In this document: one piece after another, positions 37,521 through 51,803 of the stretch | Position numbering within the stretch: position 1 is the first letter of the stretch | Layout: each line of letters starts with the position of its first letter | NCBI RefSeq assembly: GCF_006345805.1 | Contig: NC_043000.1 | Coordinates: 25,420,001 to 25,484,000 of the forward strand | Reading direction: 5' to 3' | Origin: Octopus sinensis | Lineage: Eukaryota | DNA length: 64,000 nucleotides | Notes under the pieces: generated by a model | What the model saw: only the letters and a program-made list of their open reading frames with translations | Database searches by the model: none | Told to the model about the DNA's origin: nothing | Translations under genes and position numbers: made by a program

Positions 37521-39141
37521 TATATATATTATATTTTGTGAAATTTGATTTACTATTTCTAAATTGAATTTTTCCCTATAAGTTTTGAATAATATTCCCT
37601 CAATTTATATATATATAATTTAGAGGAAAACCTCTATTAAACAATTCAATAAAGAAAGATGTTATTCACACTATATAGAAAACATATACTATAAATAGTA
37701 AATAGTGTATGTATATATATATATATATATACGTATAAAACATCAACAATCTACAGTAATCCACAGTAATTAAGAGTTCAATCAATAATAGGTCGTTAAA
37801 CTCCAACATGTAATAACATTGCAGTAACTCCAGATGGAAAAAGCTTGCATGCATGTGCATAATCGACTAAAATGATCCTTAAGAGCAATTTAAATTAATT
37901 TCAATTAATTTATATTAATCATGTATCTTAATTATGCAATTACAGTTTTATTGATGTTTATTTCAAATGAAACAGCACTGAGATTAATTAAATTGCGATC
38001 CATCTGTGAAATTTATGTCTTTCTAATTTAGATAGATAGACGGATAGACAGATAGATAGATAGATGGATGGATAGATAGATAGATAAATAGATAGATAGA
38101 TAGATAGATAGATATGTATTATTGTAAATTTATGCCATATTTTATGTAGGTTCAATTTCTTATTTAACAGCTTGATTTTAGAGATGTGATATTTTTATTA
38201 AACATTTTACATGAAATATATTGCATAAAAAAAACAGAAAAGATAAAATAAAAACTTTAAGCATCCATTAAAGACATAAATGCTTCAATATATATATCCT
38301 TATTTGGCAATCAGTGGAATACACCCGCCCCTTCCTTACTTGACAAACAAACAAACATCCTCTCCCTTTACATTGTTTATCAAACCCCAAATTTGGCCAA
38401 GGTATTTAAAATGTAAACATCACAGCGTAAGTGCAAGAGAATAAAAGATTGCAAACATGGCTTATTGGTTTGTTTTTTTTTGGCAAAATAAGCTAATAAA
38501 AAAAATGCTTCGATAAAAATTGCATTTGTTTCAATAAAGTAGATAAAAAAAGAAATATTTCTTTCAAAAAGTAAATTCTATATTTTATACGGAATTTACA
38601 CAGCAGTGGAAACAGGAAATATGCAATGTTTGTGCCATTTACAAAGAAATCTACCACATAAGTGATGAAAATTTCTTTTGTGAAAGGAAAATGAATCACA
38701 GACCTAAGTTTTCCTAGAACTTATCATCAAAAAACAGACCCCTCATCACCACCACCACCAGTCTCCACACCAGTTAACGACCCACAAGAATGGAAGCAAC
38801 AAAATATGAAATAAAATATATCATTGTACTTGAAGACTTCTAACTAATGAAACATCAGTTAATAACGAGGTCTTTTTTTTTTTCTTTTTTTATTGTAAGG
38901 GAGCAGATATAGTTGACACCAATATATCGCTGATACCAAAAGGTTTGAATTAAAAACTTCCTGATGACAGGGCCTGAATACAAAGATACAAGATTAAAGA
39001 CTAGGAGACATTTAATCCGGTTGTTTGCTGTGTCTGCCAATTTACATTTAGTCCCAAAATCTTTAGAAAAGAGTCAATAATGCAGCATGTGTGTGTGTGT
39101 GTGTGTGTTTCAATACGTAACATGTCAGCAGTAAAATTACT

Positions 39142-39178
<37 letters not shown>

Positions 39179-39286
39179 GTGAGAGAAAATATATAATCAG
39201 GTGGAATGTTCATGGATTTTGAACGTTGCTGCAAAGGCAGCAACGAAAGAACAACTAAAGGTGACCCTTTCGTGACTAAATTCTTT

Positions 39287-39399
39287 TTATAAGGACAAAG
39301 ACTTGACAGCCTTCTGGGCAGCATCGTCTAGGTTTTCGGCCGAAACAATAGGTAACTTGCTTTCCTTCAAAATTCTTTTAGCCTCAACTACATTGGTAC
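39287..39399 (-). CDS. SUCLG2: SUCLG2 last coding exon (113 nt including TAA)
   Basis: (G)TNVVEAKRILKESKLPIVSAENLDDAAQKAVKSLSL*; acceptor tctttttag. Confidence 0.95.
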
Positions 39400-39966
39400 C
39401 TAAAAAAGAAAAGAGGTAAAAAATAGAGAATTGATAATAATAATGATTGTAATACAGATGCAAACAATTATATTTAACATGGTCATGTGTGCTCGGACAT
39501 GAAAAGGCATGCACAACAGAAATAGTCTTGAGAGAAAAACTCGCCTTGGCGATAAATATATATATATATATATAAACCTGAAGTTGTCTGTGTGTGTGTG
39601 TGTGTGGCAGGTTTAGTAGCCTTCAACTAACATTATCTCCTCCGAGACCCTGCGGCACAAGTTGACCAAAATTGAGAGTATGATAGAAGAAGGCTTGTTC
39701 TTCCTTCCGTAGAAGAAAAAATTCAAATCGGACCATGTTAAGACCAGAAATTATTTACATCAAAAAGGTGCTTTTTTTTTTTCTATGAAAATTCCTATTT
39801 TTTACGATTTTTTGACTGCTGTGTCGCCATTTTACGGGGTATTTCAACAAGAAAAATGTTCACTTAAAGAGAATAACAAGGTACATAATGCAAAATTTTT
39901 ACTTTTCAAAAATTCCAATTCTAAAGGGTCGAAACAAACCCAAGCAACACCGGGCTATACTGCTAG

Positions 39967-40006
<40 letters not shown>

Positions 40007-40612
40007 ACAAGATAAGAAAATGGGTACTTCACTAGCAGTATATTGGATATATGTTATCCCATGGAGGGTTGCATTTACAACCCCTATCTCAATTTGTATA
40101 TATATATATATATATATATTTATTTATTTCAATATGGAGCAAATAATTCATGAGAAAAATAATTTACAAAGATATCATTGACTCTGTTATTATCTAGTGT
40201 AACAATTTAAAAATGATAATAACAGAATCAATAATATAGGTGAATGCAGGCCCCAAAAAAGCATTAAATAGCGGAAGGATTAAAATTAATCAAAGGACAT
40301 ATTATGTATGTTTACTTACTGGAAATAACAGTCAAAACTCTTATTTAAATTGCCAAAATACATTGATAATAACTACAGAAATCAATTAGATTCATAAGGG
40401 TCAGTTTCCCAGTTTCCACAGTGTATAAATTCCCCACCTGGATGGGATGCCAGTCCATCGCAAGATTACTCACTTTTGCCAGCTGAGTAAACTGGAGCAG
40501 CATGAAATGAAGTGTCTTGCTCAAGAACACAATGCGTAATCTGCTCCAGGAATCAAAACTACAATCTTACAATCATGAGTCGAACACCCTAACCACCAAT
40601 CCACACACCTCT

Positions 40613-40650
<38 letters not shown>

Positions 40651-40661
40651 GTATCATCATC

Positions 40662-41125
40662 ATCATCGTTTAATGTCTGCTTTCCATGCTAGCATGGTTT
40701 GGACGATTTGACTGAGGGCTGGCGAACCAGATGGCTGCACCAGGCTTCAATCTTGATCTAGCAGAGTTTCTACAGCTGGATGCCCTTCCTAATGCCAACC
40801 ACTCCAAGAGTGTAGTGGGTTCTTTTACATGCCACCAGCACAGGGGCCAGTCAGGCGGTACTGGCAACGACCTTGCTCGAATCTTTTACACATGTCACCG
40901 GCACAGGTGCCAGTAAGGCGATGCTGGTAACGATCATGCTCGAATGGTGCTTTCCACGTGCCACGGAGGCCAGTTAGCTGCTCTGGCAACGATCACGCTC
41001 GGAGGGTGCCCTTAGCACCCTACTAGCACGGGGCTCAAGTGCCAGTAAGGTGATGCTGGTAACGATCACATTTGAATGGTGCCTTTTATGTGCCACTGGC
41101 ACGGAAGCCGGTTAGCTGCTCTGTC
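40662..41125 (-). mobile_element. SINE family D with about five 60-70-bp VNTR units
   Basis: Repeated tttacgtgccaccggcac...gccagt...ctggcaacgatcacgctcg units from about 40822. Confidence 0.8.
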
Positions 41126-43094
41126 ATGAAAAATGTTCTTCAAAGTTGGCCCACAAAAGACATGAACTTAGAAATTCCACCCAGTATAATACTGTCTTTT
41201 CATCTCTGCAATTGTTGCAATCAGTACCAGTAATATGTTGGTATCTAATGAGATCTGTAAAAGTTTTTATAGCTCAACTAGAGGAGGAAGGGCAGTGTCC
41301 TGGTCTTTACAAGGTTTCAAAACATCAAATATAGTCCATCTAATGGGCTTTTCACACATAAAGCTGAGGTCACCACAAAACTATGAACTATTTGATTGCT
41401 AACCAACCTCATTAAGTACAGAATTATGTCTACATCCATTAACGATGATGCAACTGACTGCATCTCTTGCTTCCAAATATTGATCTAATATCTAATAAAA
41501 AAAAAATAGAAATCAATAATTTTTTTATGTAAGAAAGTGTCGTCAGTTGATGGTGGGATATTAATAATAGAATAACCGACCAATTTCTCTGACTTTTCCT
41601 GATGCTTTGAACACGTCAATAGCTTTGTTTAGCAGGAAATATTCAATACTCAAACCAAAATCAATCTTAACATTCCCCTTTTCCACCAGGAAAATACTTA
41701 CTCACAGAACACATGGTCGTTTTATTTTATCCTCTACAGATAAAGAAAAACTTTAGTAACAAGAATACAAACATTTTTTTTTGTTTTTTTTCTACCAATT
41801 TGCTGCTTTCAGAAAGAGTTACAGAAGAATTGGTTTAAAAGAAAAATGAAAAGTGTAAAGAAATGTTGTTGAAGAAAGTTATAATAGATAATTGACTAAA
41901 TTCAATGCAAGTCGTTTTTGTTTTTCTTTAAATGCTCTTAATAACAAAGAACTGAGGTAAGGAAAAAGAAAATAAAGAATAAAAAGTAAATCTAAATGTT
42001 AAAATATTATGGTGTAACTCTAGAAAAATGGTTGTTTAAAAATGGTAATTTGATTTATAAGCCAAGATACAAATTGGCAATTGATCGGTTCACCATAGAG
42101 AGTAAAAGATGATGGATTGAGTGCTAAATGTGGCTTGACTGTTCAAGAATGAGAGAAAGAGAGAGAGAAAGGGGGAGGGAAAGGGAGAGAGAAAGAGAGA
42201 GAGAAAGTAAGGCTGACAATTTATGCATGTGCCATATATTACAACCATTCTTCACTTCTGATATGACACATTTCACTGATTTTAACAAATGTTCTTCAAT
42301 TAGCAAACCAAGATCTGTTGACAAGAACGTTAGAGGCTTTAAAATAGCTTCCATGTCAGAGAACAAATTACATGGAATTAATAACAGAACCGGATTGTAG
42401 GCAAACTGTCATGTTCTGAGATTTTTTTGGGGTGTTTTGCTTGAAAGTGAATTTATTGTTATTATGTTCCAAGTAGCTTGAACTAAATTTATTGTCATTA
42501 TGTTTGAGCAGCTTTTAAAGTCAAGCGAGGTTTTCCGACAAAGCAAATAGATTTATACAGTTCAAGGGGGAGGTGGAGAAAGCGGAGGGGGTTCTCGTAA
42601 CAAAATTTATCCTTCATCATCGTTTAATGTCTGTTTTTCCATGCTGACATGGGTCGGGTGGTTTGACAGGATCTGGTGAACCACAGGCTGTGTCATGTCC
42701 CAGTTTCAGCTTTAGCAGGGTTTCTATGGTCAGATGCCCATCCTAATGCCAACTACTTTACAGTGCATATTAGGGGCTTCTTTACAGGCCACTAGCACTT
42801 GTAAATAACTTGCAAGACAGGAATTCTTCTGAATATTTTTACTGACAAACTGCTAACAGAAATTTTGCATTTCTTTTCAATAATAAAAGAGGGGAAAAGG
42901 GAGGGAGCGGTCAAAATAAAAATTATTTAAGTATTGTTAAAAGCTATCATCAGATAGATCTTCATGAACAATGAGGGGAATCTTTAATAGAAGGGGTAGG
43001 TGTCTTGTGAAAGAAATAACTGATGGTTTGCAACAGAGAAAATATAGGGGGATTCAAAAGACTCCATACATAGGAAAACAATTTATTTTTTTAT

Positions 43095-43758
43095 AAGAAA
43101 CAGTTTATAAGATCCCTTAGATCCCCTGATCTGACCCCTCTTGATTTCTATCTTTGGGGGCATTTGAAAGGCATGGTGTATCACAGAAAGATAAAAAAAC
43201 ATAAATCATTTGAAGGAACGTATCACCAACTCATTTGCACACGTATCACCAGATGTGCAATTACAAGTTCACATTGGATAAATGTATTGCAATCATCAAA
43301 CAATGGTAACCATATAGAGCCTCATGAAGGATATTTGTCACTTAAATGTGGCTAACCCTTAAGGGTTGATGCTACTGTAGCTTGTAGCCCCAGGAAGACG
43401 TCTCCTCCAGCTGGCTATTGACACACTTTCCGTGCCCTATCAGTATTTGCAAAGGCTGGAGATGGGAACGATGACTTCCCTTTGCAAATACTGATAGGGC
43501 ACAGAAAGTGTGACAATAGCCAGCTGGAGGAGACGTCTTCCTGGAGCTACAAGCTACAGTAGCATCAACCTTTAAGGGTTAGCCACATTTAAGTGGCAAA
43601 TACTTTACGATGTCGTACAGCTACTGTTTATACCTTGCTCAGAGATTTATTATTGTATATAGAGCCTGTTAAATAATTTTAAAAAATGTTCTTATAAACT
43701 GCTTCTTATAAAAAAAGATTAATTGTTCCTATGTCTGGTGACTTTTGAATCACCCTCT
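43095..43758 (+). mobile_element. Tc1/mariner-superfamily 3' fragment interrupted by a foldback insertion
   Basis: RSPDLTPLDFYLWGHLKGMVY at 43105-43165; terminus ggtgacttttgaatcaccct near 43735-43757. Confidence 0.65.
43331..43602. repeat. Foldback with about 124-bp arms (5 mismatches), 23-nt loop
   Basis: 43331-43455 vs 43479-43602; family also at 26060-26233. Confidence 0.92.
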
Positions 43759-44769
43759 TCATCATTCAGATTACTCTGTCATCCTTAATAATATAATGTA
43801 ATATAATGAAATTATTGAGTATAGTACCCAGGTGCACTACAACTTATCAAAGGTGCATGTACAGTAGATAGAATTATGTACAAAAGTCAGGAAAGTAAAC
43901 AATATATGAGTCATGATATGCATGTGTGCATGCGTATGGAGGTGGGGATATCGGGTGCAGTGTTGGCGAATATCAGGAAGCATTGAAGTTTTAAAGGATG
44001 CTATGTCTCAGCAACTAACAACTGATGCAGGTAATTTGTTCTATGCTTCAGCAACTCTTAGCATGAAAAAATATTTCCTAAAGTCATGGGAGCTGTGATG
44101 TTTCCTGACTTTGTTTATTTATTCACATTGTTTTGAATTAATTATTCATTATCTTCTGACTGTTTATTTTTAGAATGACATTATACAGTAGGTGTGGAAA
44201 GCTAGATCTAGCTCGTTTGAGCATAAAAAAGGGGTAGAATATCTGGGTCGAATATGGCCAGTTTAAAGCTCAAGGGTTAAATTAAATAAATGGAAGGTAA
44301 CAAAAGTATCCTAATCGAATAAAACAGAGTGCTGGTATCAACATCTAAACACCTATTTGATACTCTTGCACCTTTGTAAATCAACAAAGGTGCTAGCCAC
44401 CCACTTGATACCCTAACACCCTTGTGTTTCAAACAGAAATTGTAATTCTCCAGAGAAAGCATGAGAATTGGGTGAAGAAGGGGAATAAATTCACTGAGTA
44501 CCAAACAGAGGCTCACATCAGAAATGATGACACAAGGAAACAATGCAGGAGCTGAGTAAAGCATCTTTTATCTTTTACCTGTTTCAATCATTAGACTGCA
44601 GCCATGCTGGAGCACTGGCTTGCAGAAGAATTTTTAGTCAATGGATCAACCCTAATACTTTATTTTTTAGGCCTGGTACTTATTCTATCAGTCCCTTTTG
44701 CTGAACTGTTAAGTAACAGGGATGTAAACACACGAACACTGGTTGTCAAGTAGTGATGGGAGACAAATT

Positions 44770-44801
<32 letters not shown>

Positions 44802-45269
44802 AAACAGGCTTCTTTCAGTTTCTGTCAACCAAATCCACTCACAAGGCTTTGGTCAATCCATGGCTATAGTGGAAGACACTTGCCCAAGGTTCAGTGGGAC
44901 TGAACCTGGAAGCATGTGGTTGAAAGGCCAACATTTTACCACACAGCCACGACTATGCCTATAATTAGTACTGCAAATTTAAAAAACTTGACGAGACCAT
45001 CTGTTTCTACTGTAAAGTTAGTATTAAAAGATCAGTTATAGCAGACATTGGATACAAAAAGTAAACTTGAGAGAAAGTAAAAGAGATGAAAGCTTTCACT
45101 GTCGAACCTTAACTTTTTGGCATTTGAACAGGCCATATTCAGCCAAAATATTTTTAAACATTGAATGGTTATTGGGGAGTGAAATAGTAATCAAAATGCG
45201 CCATAGATAAAAATAAAATAGTTGAGAACCACTGAATTAGAATGATGTTATACCAAAGGTATGGCTTAC

Positions 45270-45390
45270 CTTCAAGTCGTACAACAAGAGGAAGGTCAAA
45301 TTTCATACTCTTACAAGCATTAGTTATACCATTGGCAATGGTAGCACAGTTTACAATCCCTCCAAAGATGTTCACAAGAATTGCTTTCAC
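45270..45390 (-). CDS. SUCLG2: SUCLG2 exon (121 nt, phase 0/1)
   Basis: [40 protein letters not shown]; acceptor ttaaccag, donor gtaagc. Confidence 0.96.
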
Positions 45391-48030
45391 CTGGTTAAGA
45401 GGAAATAAACATAAATGTAACACACCTGGAACACATTTGAAAGTCATGTGGAGAAACAGGTCTAAGTATAAACTTCAAACAAAGGATGTCAAATTCATGG
45501 AATGGACTGATTAGTTCTTTGGTAAATAAATAAATATCATTAAAACAGAGAATTTCATGCATGACTGTTATCATTTTGGTAAATGTCATACATGAAACTC
45601 AGCCTTTAAGCCAGGATAATAAAGTTATACAGAAAATTTCATTGGTTGAAAATGGCCTAATTAATGGACCAATCACAAGAGATGTGTTTTGAACAGATTT
45701 TTTTGGCAACAACATTATAGAAGAAAGGGAAAACTGAATATTGGCAGAAATTTGTTTCCCTGCAATAGTAATCTTTGCCAATCACTCCTGCACCTTTTAA
45801 TATGAACATTTCACTTCAGACATTAATTTTGAAAATAGTGAAAATTTTAGTAAAATTCTTTCTCAAATACTAAGCTGGTGTTTAGAATACAAATTAATGA
45901 GACTTTGATAAAATTTCAGATCACTTTAATCCTCTTGCTACCATATTTCGATTGAAATACAATTCCTGTATTTCAATTCATTTTGAAAATATTGAAGACA
46001 TTAGGAAAATAATTTTGTCATTATTAAGCTGATTAATTAACACAAAATTTTGATGGAAAGGTTTTAATTTAGATCAACCTTTTTAATACCAACCCAAATG
46101 AAATCACCTCTGGCTCTGTAGTACAAATGTCTTGTTTTCAAAAGTTCTGAATTAAAATCTTCCACCAAACCTTTGTCACAATTTATGTTCCTAACACTAG
46201 CTTAATGATAACTGAGTTATTTAATTAAATTCTTTGTTATATTTAAAATTGAAAATAGTACAGAGCATCTCAACAGAAATACGGTAACAAAAGGGTTAAA
46301 ACAGGAAGCTTGTATCATAGAACTAGGATTGATATCAGACAGGGTGGTTTCAAAACGGTCTAAACAATTTGGCAATTATCATGAATTTGTAGTGTAGGAA
46401 TTTCTTAATTATATTTCTTGTTCTGAATATTCTTTCATCCATTTCAATTCATGATTGGTTTTTTTTTGTATGAACTTTCATTTTATTCTAGTCTTCATTG
46501 TTGTCAACAGAAAATCCCACCAAATTCTACACCTTGTAGAATAATATTTTCAGGACCCACTTTTCTGTGGGTTACACAAATATACTATCAGGGGATTTCT
46601 TTTACAACTGGATACATTTCCTGTCACTAACCCTTACCTTATCTTTTTTCATTTATTCAATTTTACTTTATTTCACTTGTTGTCGCCAGTGCCGCTGGAC
46701 TGCCTCCTGTGCATGTGGCACATAAAAAGCACCATTTGGGCGTGGCCGTTGCCAGTACCACCTGACTGGCCCTCGTGCCGGTGGCACGTAAAAGCACCCA
46801 CTACACTCTCAGAGTGGTTCGCGTTAGGAAGGGCATCCAGCAGTAGAAACTCTGCCAGATCAGATTGGAGTCTGGTTCGCCAGACCTCAATCAAATCTTC
46901 CAACCCATGCTAGCATGGAAAGCAGACGTTAAATGATGATGATGAATTATTGACCATTCCTCCAACACAGTAACCTGATTCTTATGATTTCATTTTACTT
47001 GTTTTTCAGTAATTTTCAATACTTTATTCATACACCTTTCAATCTTCATCCATCCCCAAAATTTTTTGTATTATTCTACATTTTCTTTACCCCTTTGCTA
47101 TTTTCCCCATTCCCCTAATTCAGCCCCCACCACCTCCCATTATAACTGTCATGTTATTTTTACTTTTCATTCATTACTTTTAATAGCTCATTATCTGCCA
47201 TTCCAAATTATATTATTCAAACACCTGCTCCCTCTTCATTTTCTTTTTCATTTTTTCCTATTCTTTCCCTTTCTATTTTTTCTGTGCTTTTTACGCCTCT
47301 TCTACCTATTTATTCTTTGTCTTTTTCACCTTCTTTCTATTATTCTATTTCTTTTTCATTTTTTCCCCTCTTGCTTTCCTCCTTTTTCATCACTTATATT
47401 TTGTCCCCCACCTCGTCACAACCTATGACCAAAAAACTATACATAAATGTGCAAACCCCAATTTTCCAGTCATGACTTACCTAAGATCCTACGTACCAAC
47501 AGATGAAACTGAGACTAGCAAGAGACTAACCCGACTGAATACACACACTGGTGGCACATAAAAAGCACCTTTCAAGCGTGGCCGATGCTAGTGCTACCTG
47601 ACTAGCACTCATGCCGGTGGCATGTAAAAAGATCCATCTGAGTGTGATTGATGCAGTGCTGCTTGACTGGCTCCTGTGCTGGTGGCACGTAAAAACCACC
47701 CACTACTCCCTCAGAGTGGTTGGCATTAGGATGGGCATCCAGCTGAAGAAACCTTGTCAGATCTGACTGGAGCCTGGCGCAGTTTCCTGGCTTGCCAGTC
47801 CTCAGTCAAACCGTCCAACCCATGCCAGCATGGAAAGCGGACATGAAACGACAATGATGATGACACAATGGACTTGTTTCAATTTCTATCCACCAAATTC
47901 ACTAACAAAGCTTTAATTGGCCCAGTTCTCTAAAAGTGTCACAGAGTGGGACTGAACCCAAAAGCCTGCAGTTTGAAAGCAGATGTGCCTGTGCCTACCA
48001 TCTAAGTTTCAAAAGTATTGAAATACTTAC

Positions 48031-48173
48031 TTGTGAATCTTCAGTTAACAGCTTAAATGCTTCAAAGACTTGCTTCTCTGTAACAGTACCACCACAATCC
48101 AGAAAATTTGCTGGTTCTCCACCATACAGCTTAATTATATCCATGGTTGCCATTGCCAACCCAGCACCATTTA
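48031..48173 (-). CDS. SUCLG2: SUCLG2 exon (143 nt, phase 1/0)
   Basis: (V)[47 protein letters not shown]; acceptor gtttcag, donor gtaagt. Confidence 0.96.
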
Positions 48174-48739
48174 CTGAAACAGAGAGAGAGGAGGGGAAAA
48201 ATGTTCATTCCATGCAAATTAGTAAAAACTGGAGGGCTGCTCACCATTTGATGGGTGACTTGGAAGAATGGGTATATTCTTTTAGTCTTTTGTTTTAGAC
48301 ATTTCACTGTGGCCATGCTGGGGCACCAAGAATTTTAATCCAAAAATCGACTCTGGTACTTATTCTATCGATGTCTTTTGCTGAACTGCTAAGTTATAGT
48401 GATGTGAATACACCAACACTGGTTGTCAAGCAGTGGTAAGGGTCAAACACAGACAGACACACACACACTGGGCTTCTTTCAATTTCTGTCTGCCAAATCC
48501 TTTCACAAGGCTTTGGTCAGCCTGAGGCTATAGTATAAGACACTTGCCCAAGGTGCCACACAGTGGGACTGAACCCCAAACCATGTGGTTGGGAAGAAAA
48601 CTTTACCACACAGCCACGCATAATTTAGAGTTGTTGAGATGAAGAACTGTGAGATACAGAGTAAATGTTATGCTTTTGAAAAGCCAAAACAACACAAGTT
48701 ATAAGAAATAAGACGAGTCAGCAGTTTTCACTTTTATCT

Positions 48740-49990
48740 TATAATATTTTGATATTTTAGGGTTAAAATCCCTTCTTCAGGATGTTAGCTTTTCCGTTCT
48801 GAGCATGTATATATGAGGACCTTGCTTTCAAAACTGGCATAAGTACATATTTGGTCAATTTAATGATATCCATTAAAACACAATCTGCAAGCTGCTGGTT
48901 TCATGCATGTGGAATTTTTTTCAGTCAAACTAGACGAGATACCATATAGTCTTAGCCTTCCAATCAAAATCAGATATATTCAGGATGTTGCTTTAAACAG
49001 TTACTCAAAAGTCATTCCGATGCATATATCCGGTTTTGAAAGAAAGCTCTTCATATATACACATTCTACAGAACAGAAAAGCTAGATTGACACACTAAAT
49101 CTCTGATTTACTTTTCCTGAAGAGGGGGGTCTTAACCCAAAATATCAAAATATAAGACAAAAGAACAAACTATTGACTTAGCTTCTTTCTTATAACTCAC
49201 ATTGGTTTGGCTTTTCAAAAACATAAAAACAAAAACAACTTTTATCCAATTTCTTGGAGCTTATACGGAATATGATGAAATGGAAGTACTTTTCAGAGGA
49301 AAAATATTTATTGCCTTGAAATCAAATTTATTTCTTTATTGCCCACAAGGGGCTAAATAAAGAGTGGAAAAACAAGGACAGGCAAAGGGATTAAGTCGAT
49401 TACATCAACCCCAGTATATAACTGGTACTTATTTAATTGACCCTCAAAGGATGAAAAGCAAAGTCGACCTCAGCAGAATTTGAACTCAGAATGTAATGGT
49501 AGACGAAATACAGCTAAGCATTCCACCCAGTGTGCTAACAATTCTGCCAGCTTCCCACCTTGAAATTAAATTAAATAAAACAAGTTTCTCACATAAGGTA
49601 AAATACTGGTTTCAAATTTAGGCACAAGGCCAGCAATTTGGGGGGTGGAGGGGTAAGTTAATTACATCAAACCCAATGCTCAACTGATGTTCATTTTATT
49701 GACCCTGAATGGATGAAAAGCAAAGTCAACCACAGCAGAATTTGAACACAGAACATAAAGACAAACACAATGCCATACAGACAGTAAGTGAGTCTTAGCC
49801 TTCCAATCAAAATTATATATATTCAGGTTGTTGTTTTAAACAATTACTCAAAAGTCAATCCAATGCATATATCTGGTTTTGAAAGTAAGCTCTTCATATA
49901 TATACACACTCTACAGAACAGAAAAGCTAGATTGACACACCAAATCTCTGATTTGCTTTCCCTGAATAGGGGGTCTTAACCCAAAATAAG
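48740..49990. mobile_element. PLE-type repeat cluster: about 195-bp direct repeats and an inverted fragment, decayed hammerheads
   Basis: 48949-49143 vs 49791-49987; cctgaagagggg..cccaaaatatcaaaat at 49116-49152, inverted homologue at 48745-48785. Confidence 0.6.
49327..49558 (-). mobile_element. SINE family C copy
   Basis: Reverse complement of head-to-aataaagaaata consensus. Confidence 0.8.
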
Positions 49991-50231
49991 CATTTTGCTT
50001 ACTACTGTAACAATTCTGCCAGTTCACCATCTTATATGTTAGGTGGAATATTGAACACTGTTGATAAAACGATTGAGTAAAATTTCTTCCATTGCTGGTT
50101 AAATGATGTGACAACCGATATTTGGCAAATGCAATATTTGATGTAGTCATTGTAAAACAACATCAACAACAACAGCCACATTTACAGAAAATACAAGAGT
50201 TGTCTGATGCAGTTTCTCAGCCTTAAATGAT

Positions 50232-50700
<469 letters not shown>

Positions 50701-51266
50701 AAAGAACAACAAGAACAGTCAGTCACCAATATTTTCAAGAAGCTTCACATTTGAAGAAACAAAGCCAGACTCGTTGCTTGTTGTGATTTCCAGAATTTGG
50801 TTCAGAAGCTATTTTATCTGCCGGTTCTTGACATTTAATTGAAGTGCCATAAATAGATTCCACCGGATCGAACAGTCTAGAAATATATGCATAGGTGTAG
50901 GTATGGGTGTGTGGTCAAGAAGATCTCTTTGCAAACATGTGGTTTGGGTTTCAATCCCACTGAACAGCACCTTGGACAAGCGTCTTCTGCATGAGCCCTG
51001 GCTAACCAATACCTTGTGAATGAATTTGGCTGAAGGAAACTATGGAGAAGCCCATCATGCATGCATATATATGATGGCGTCACTAAAAGCATCTATGCTG
51101 GTGTCACACGAAAAAACACCCAGTACACACTGTAAAGTAGTTAGCAGTAGGAAAGGCATCCAGCTGTAAAAACCATGCCAAAACAGACAATTGAAGCCTG
51201 GTACAGGTCTTCATCTGGCCAGTTCCTGTCAAATTGTCCAACCCATACCCGCATTGAGAACAGACA

Positions 51267-51803
51267 TTAACCCTTTTGTTACCATATTTCTGTGGAGATG
51301 CTCTGTGTTTCTTTCAATTAATTTGAAATATAACAAAGAATTTAGTAAAGTAACTTAATTATCAAAAGCCGTTAAATTCACTTCAACATTTAAATTTAAT
51401 TTGCCAAAATATTTCCATCGCTTTGAAACCGTGACTTGTTCACTGACAAAATTCCATGCAGCACAGAATTTTGTTGGTGAACAGGTCATGGTCTCAAAGC
51501 AACAAAAATATTTTGGCAAATTAAATTTAGATGTTGAAGTGAATCTAATGGTTTTTGTGTGTTTCTTAAATGGCTTAAACACCTTCCATACTGCAATTGT
51601 TTACGTTCCAGCACACAATCTCAGATCAAGTCACTTGCTATGCAAGTACATCTCCGTAACTTAATTATCATTAAGCTAGTCTTAGAAACATAAATTGTGA
51701 CTAAGGTTTGGTGCAAGATTTTAATTCAAAACATATGAAAACAAGACATTTGTACTACAAGAGCCAGAGCCGGTTTCAGTCAGGTTGGTATCGAAAGGGT
51801 TAA
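51267..51803. mobile_element. piggyBac-type MITE carrying a nested palindromic insert
   Basis: TTAA-CCCTTT...AAAGGG-TTAA; related fragment 46075-46279; insert about 51358-51657. Confidence 0.7.
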
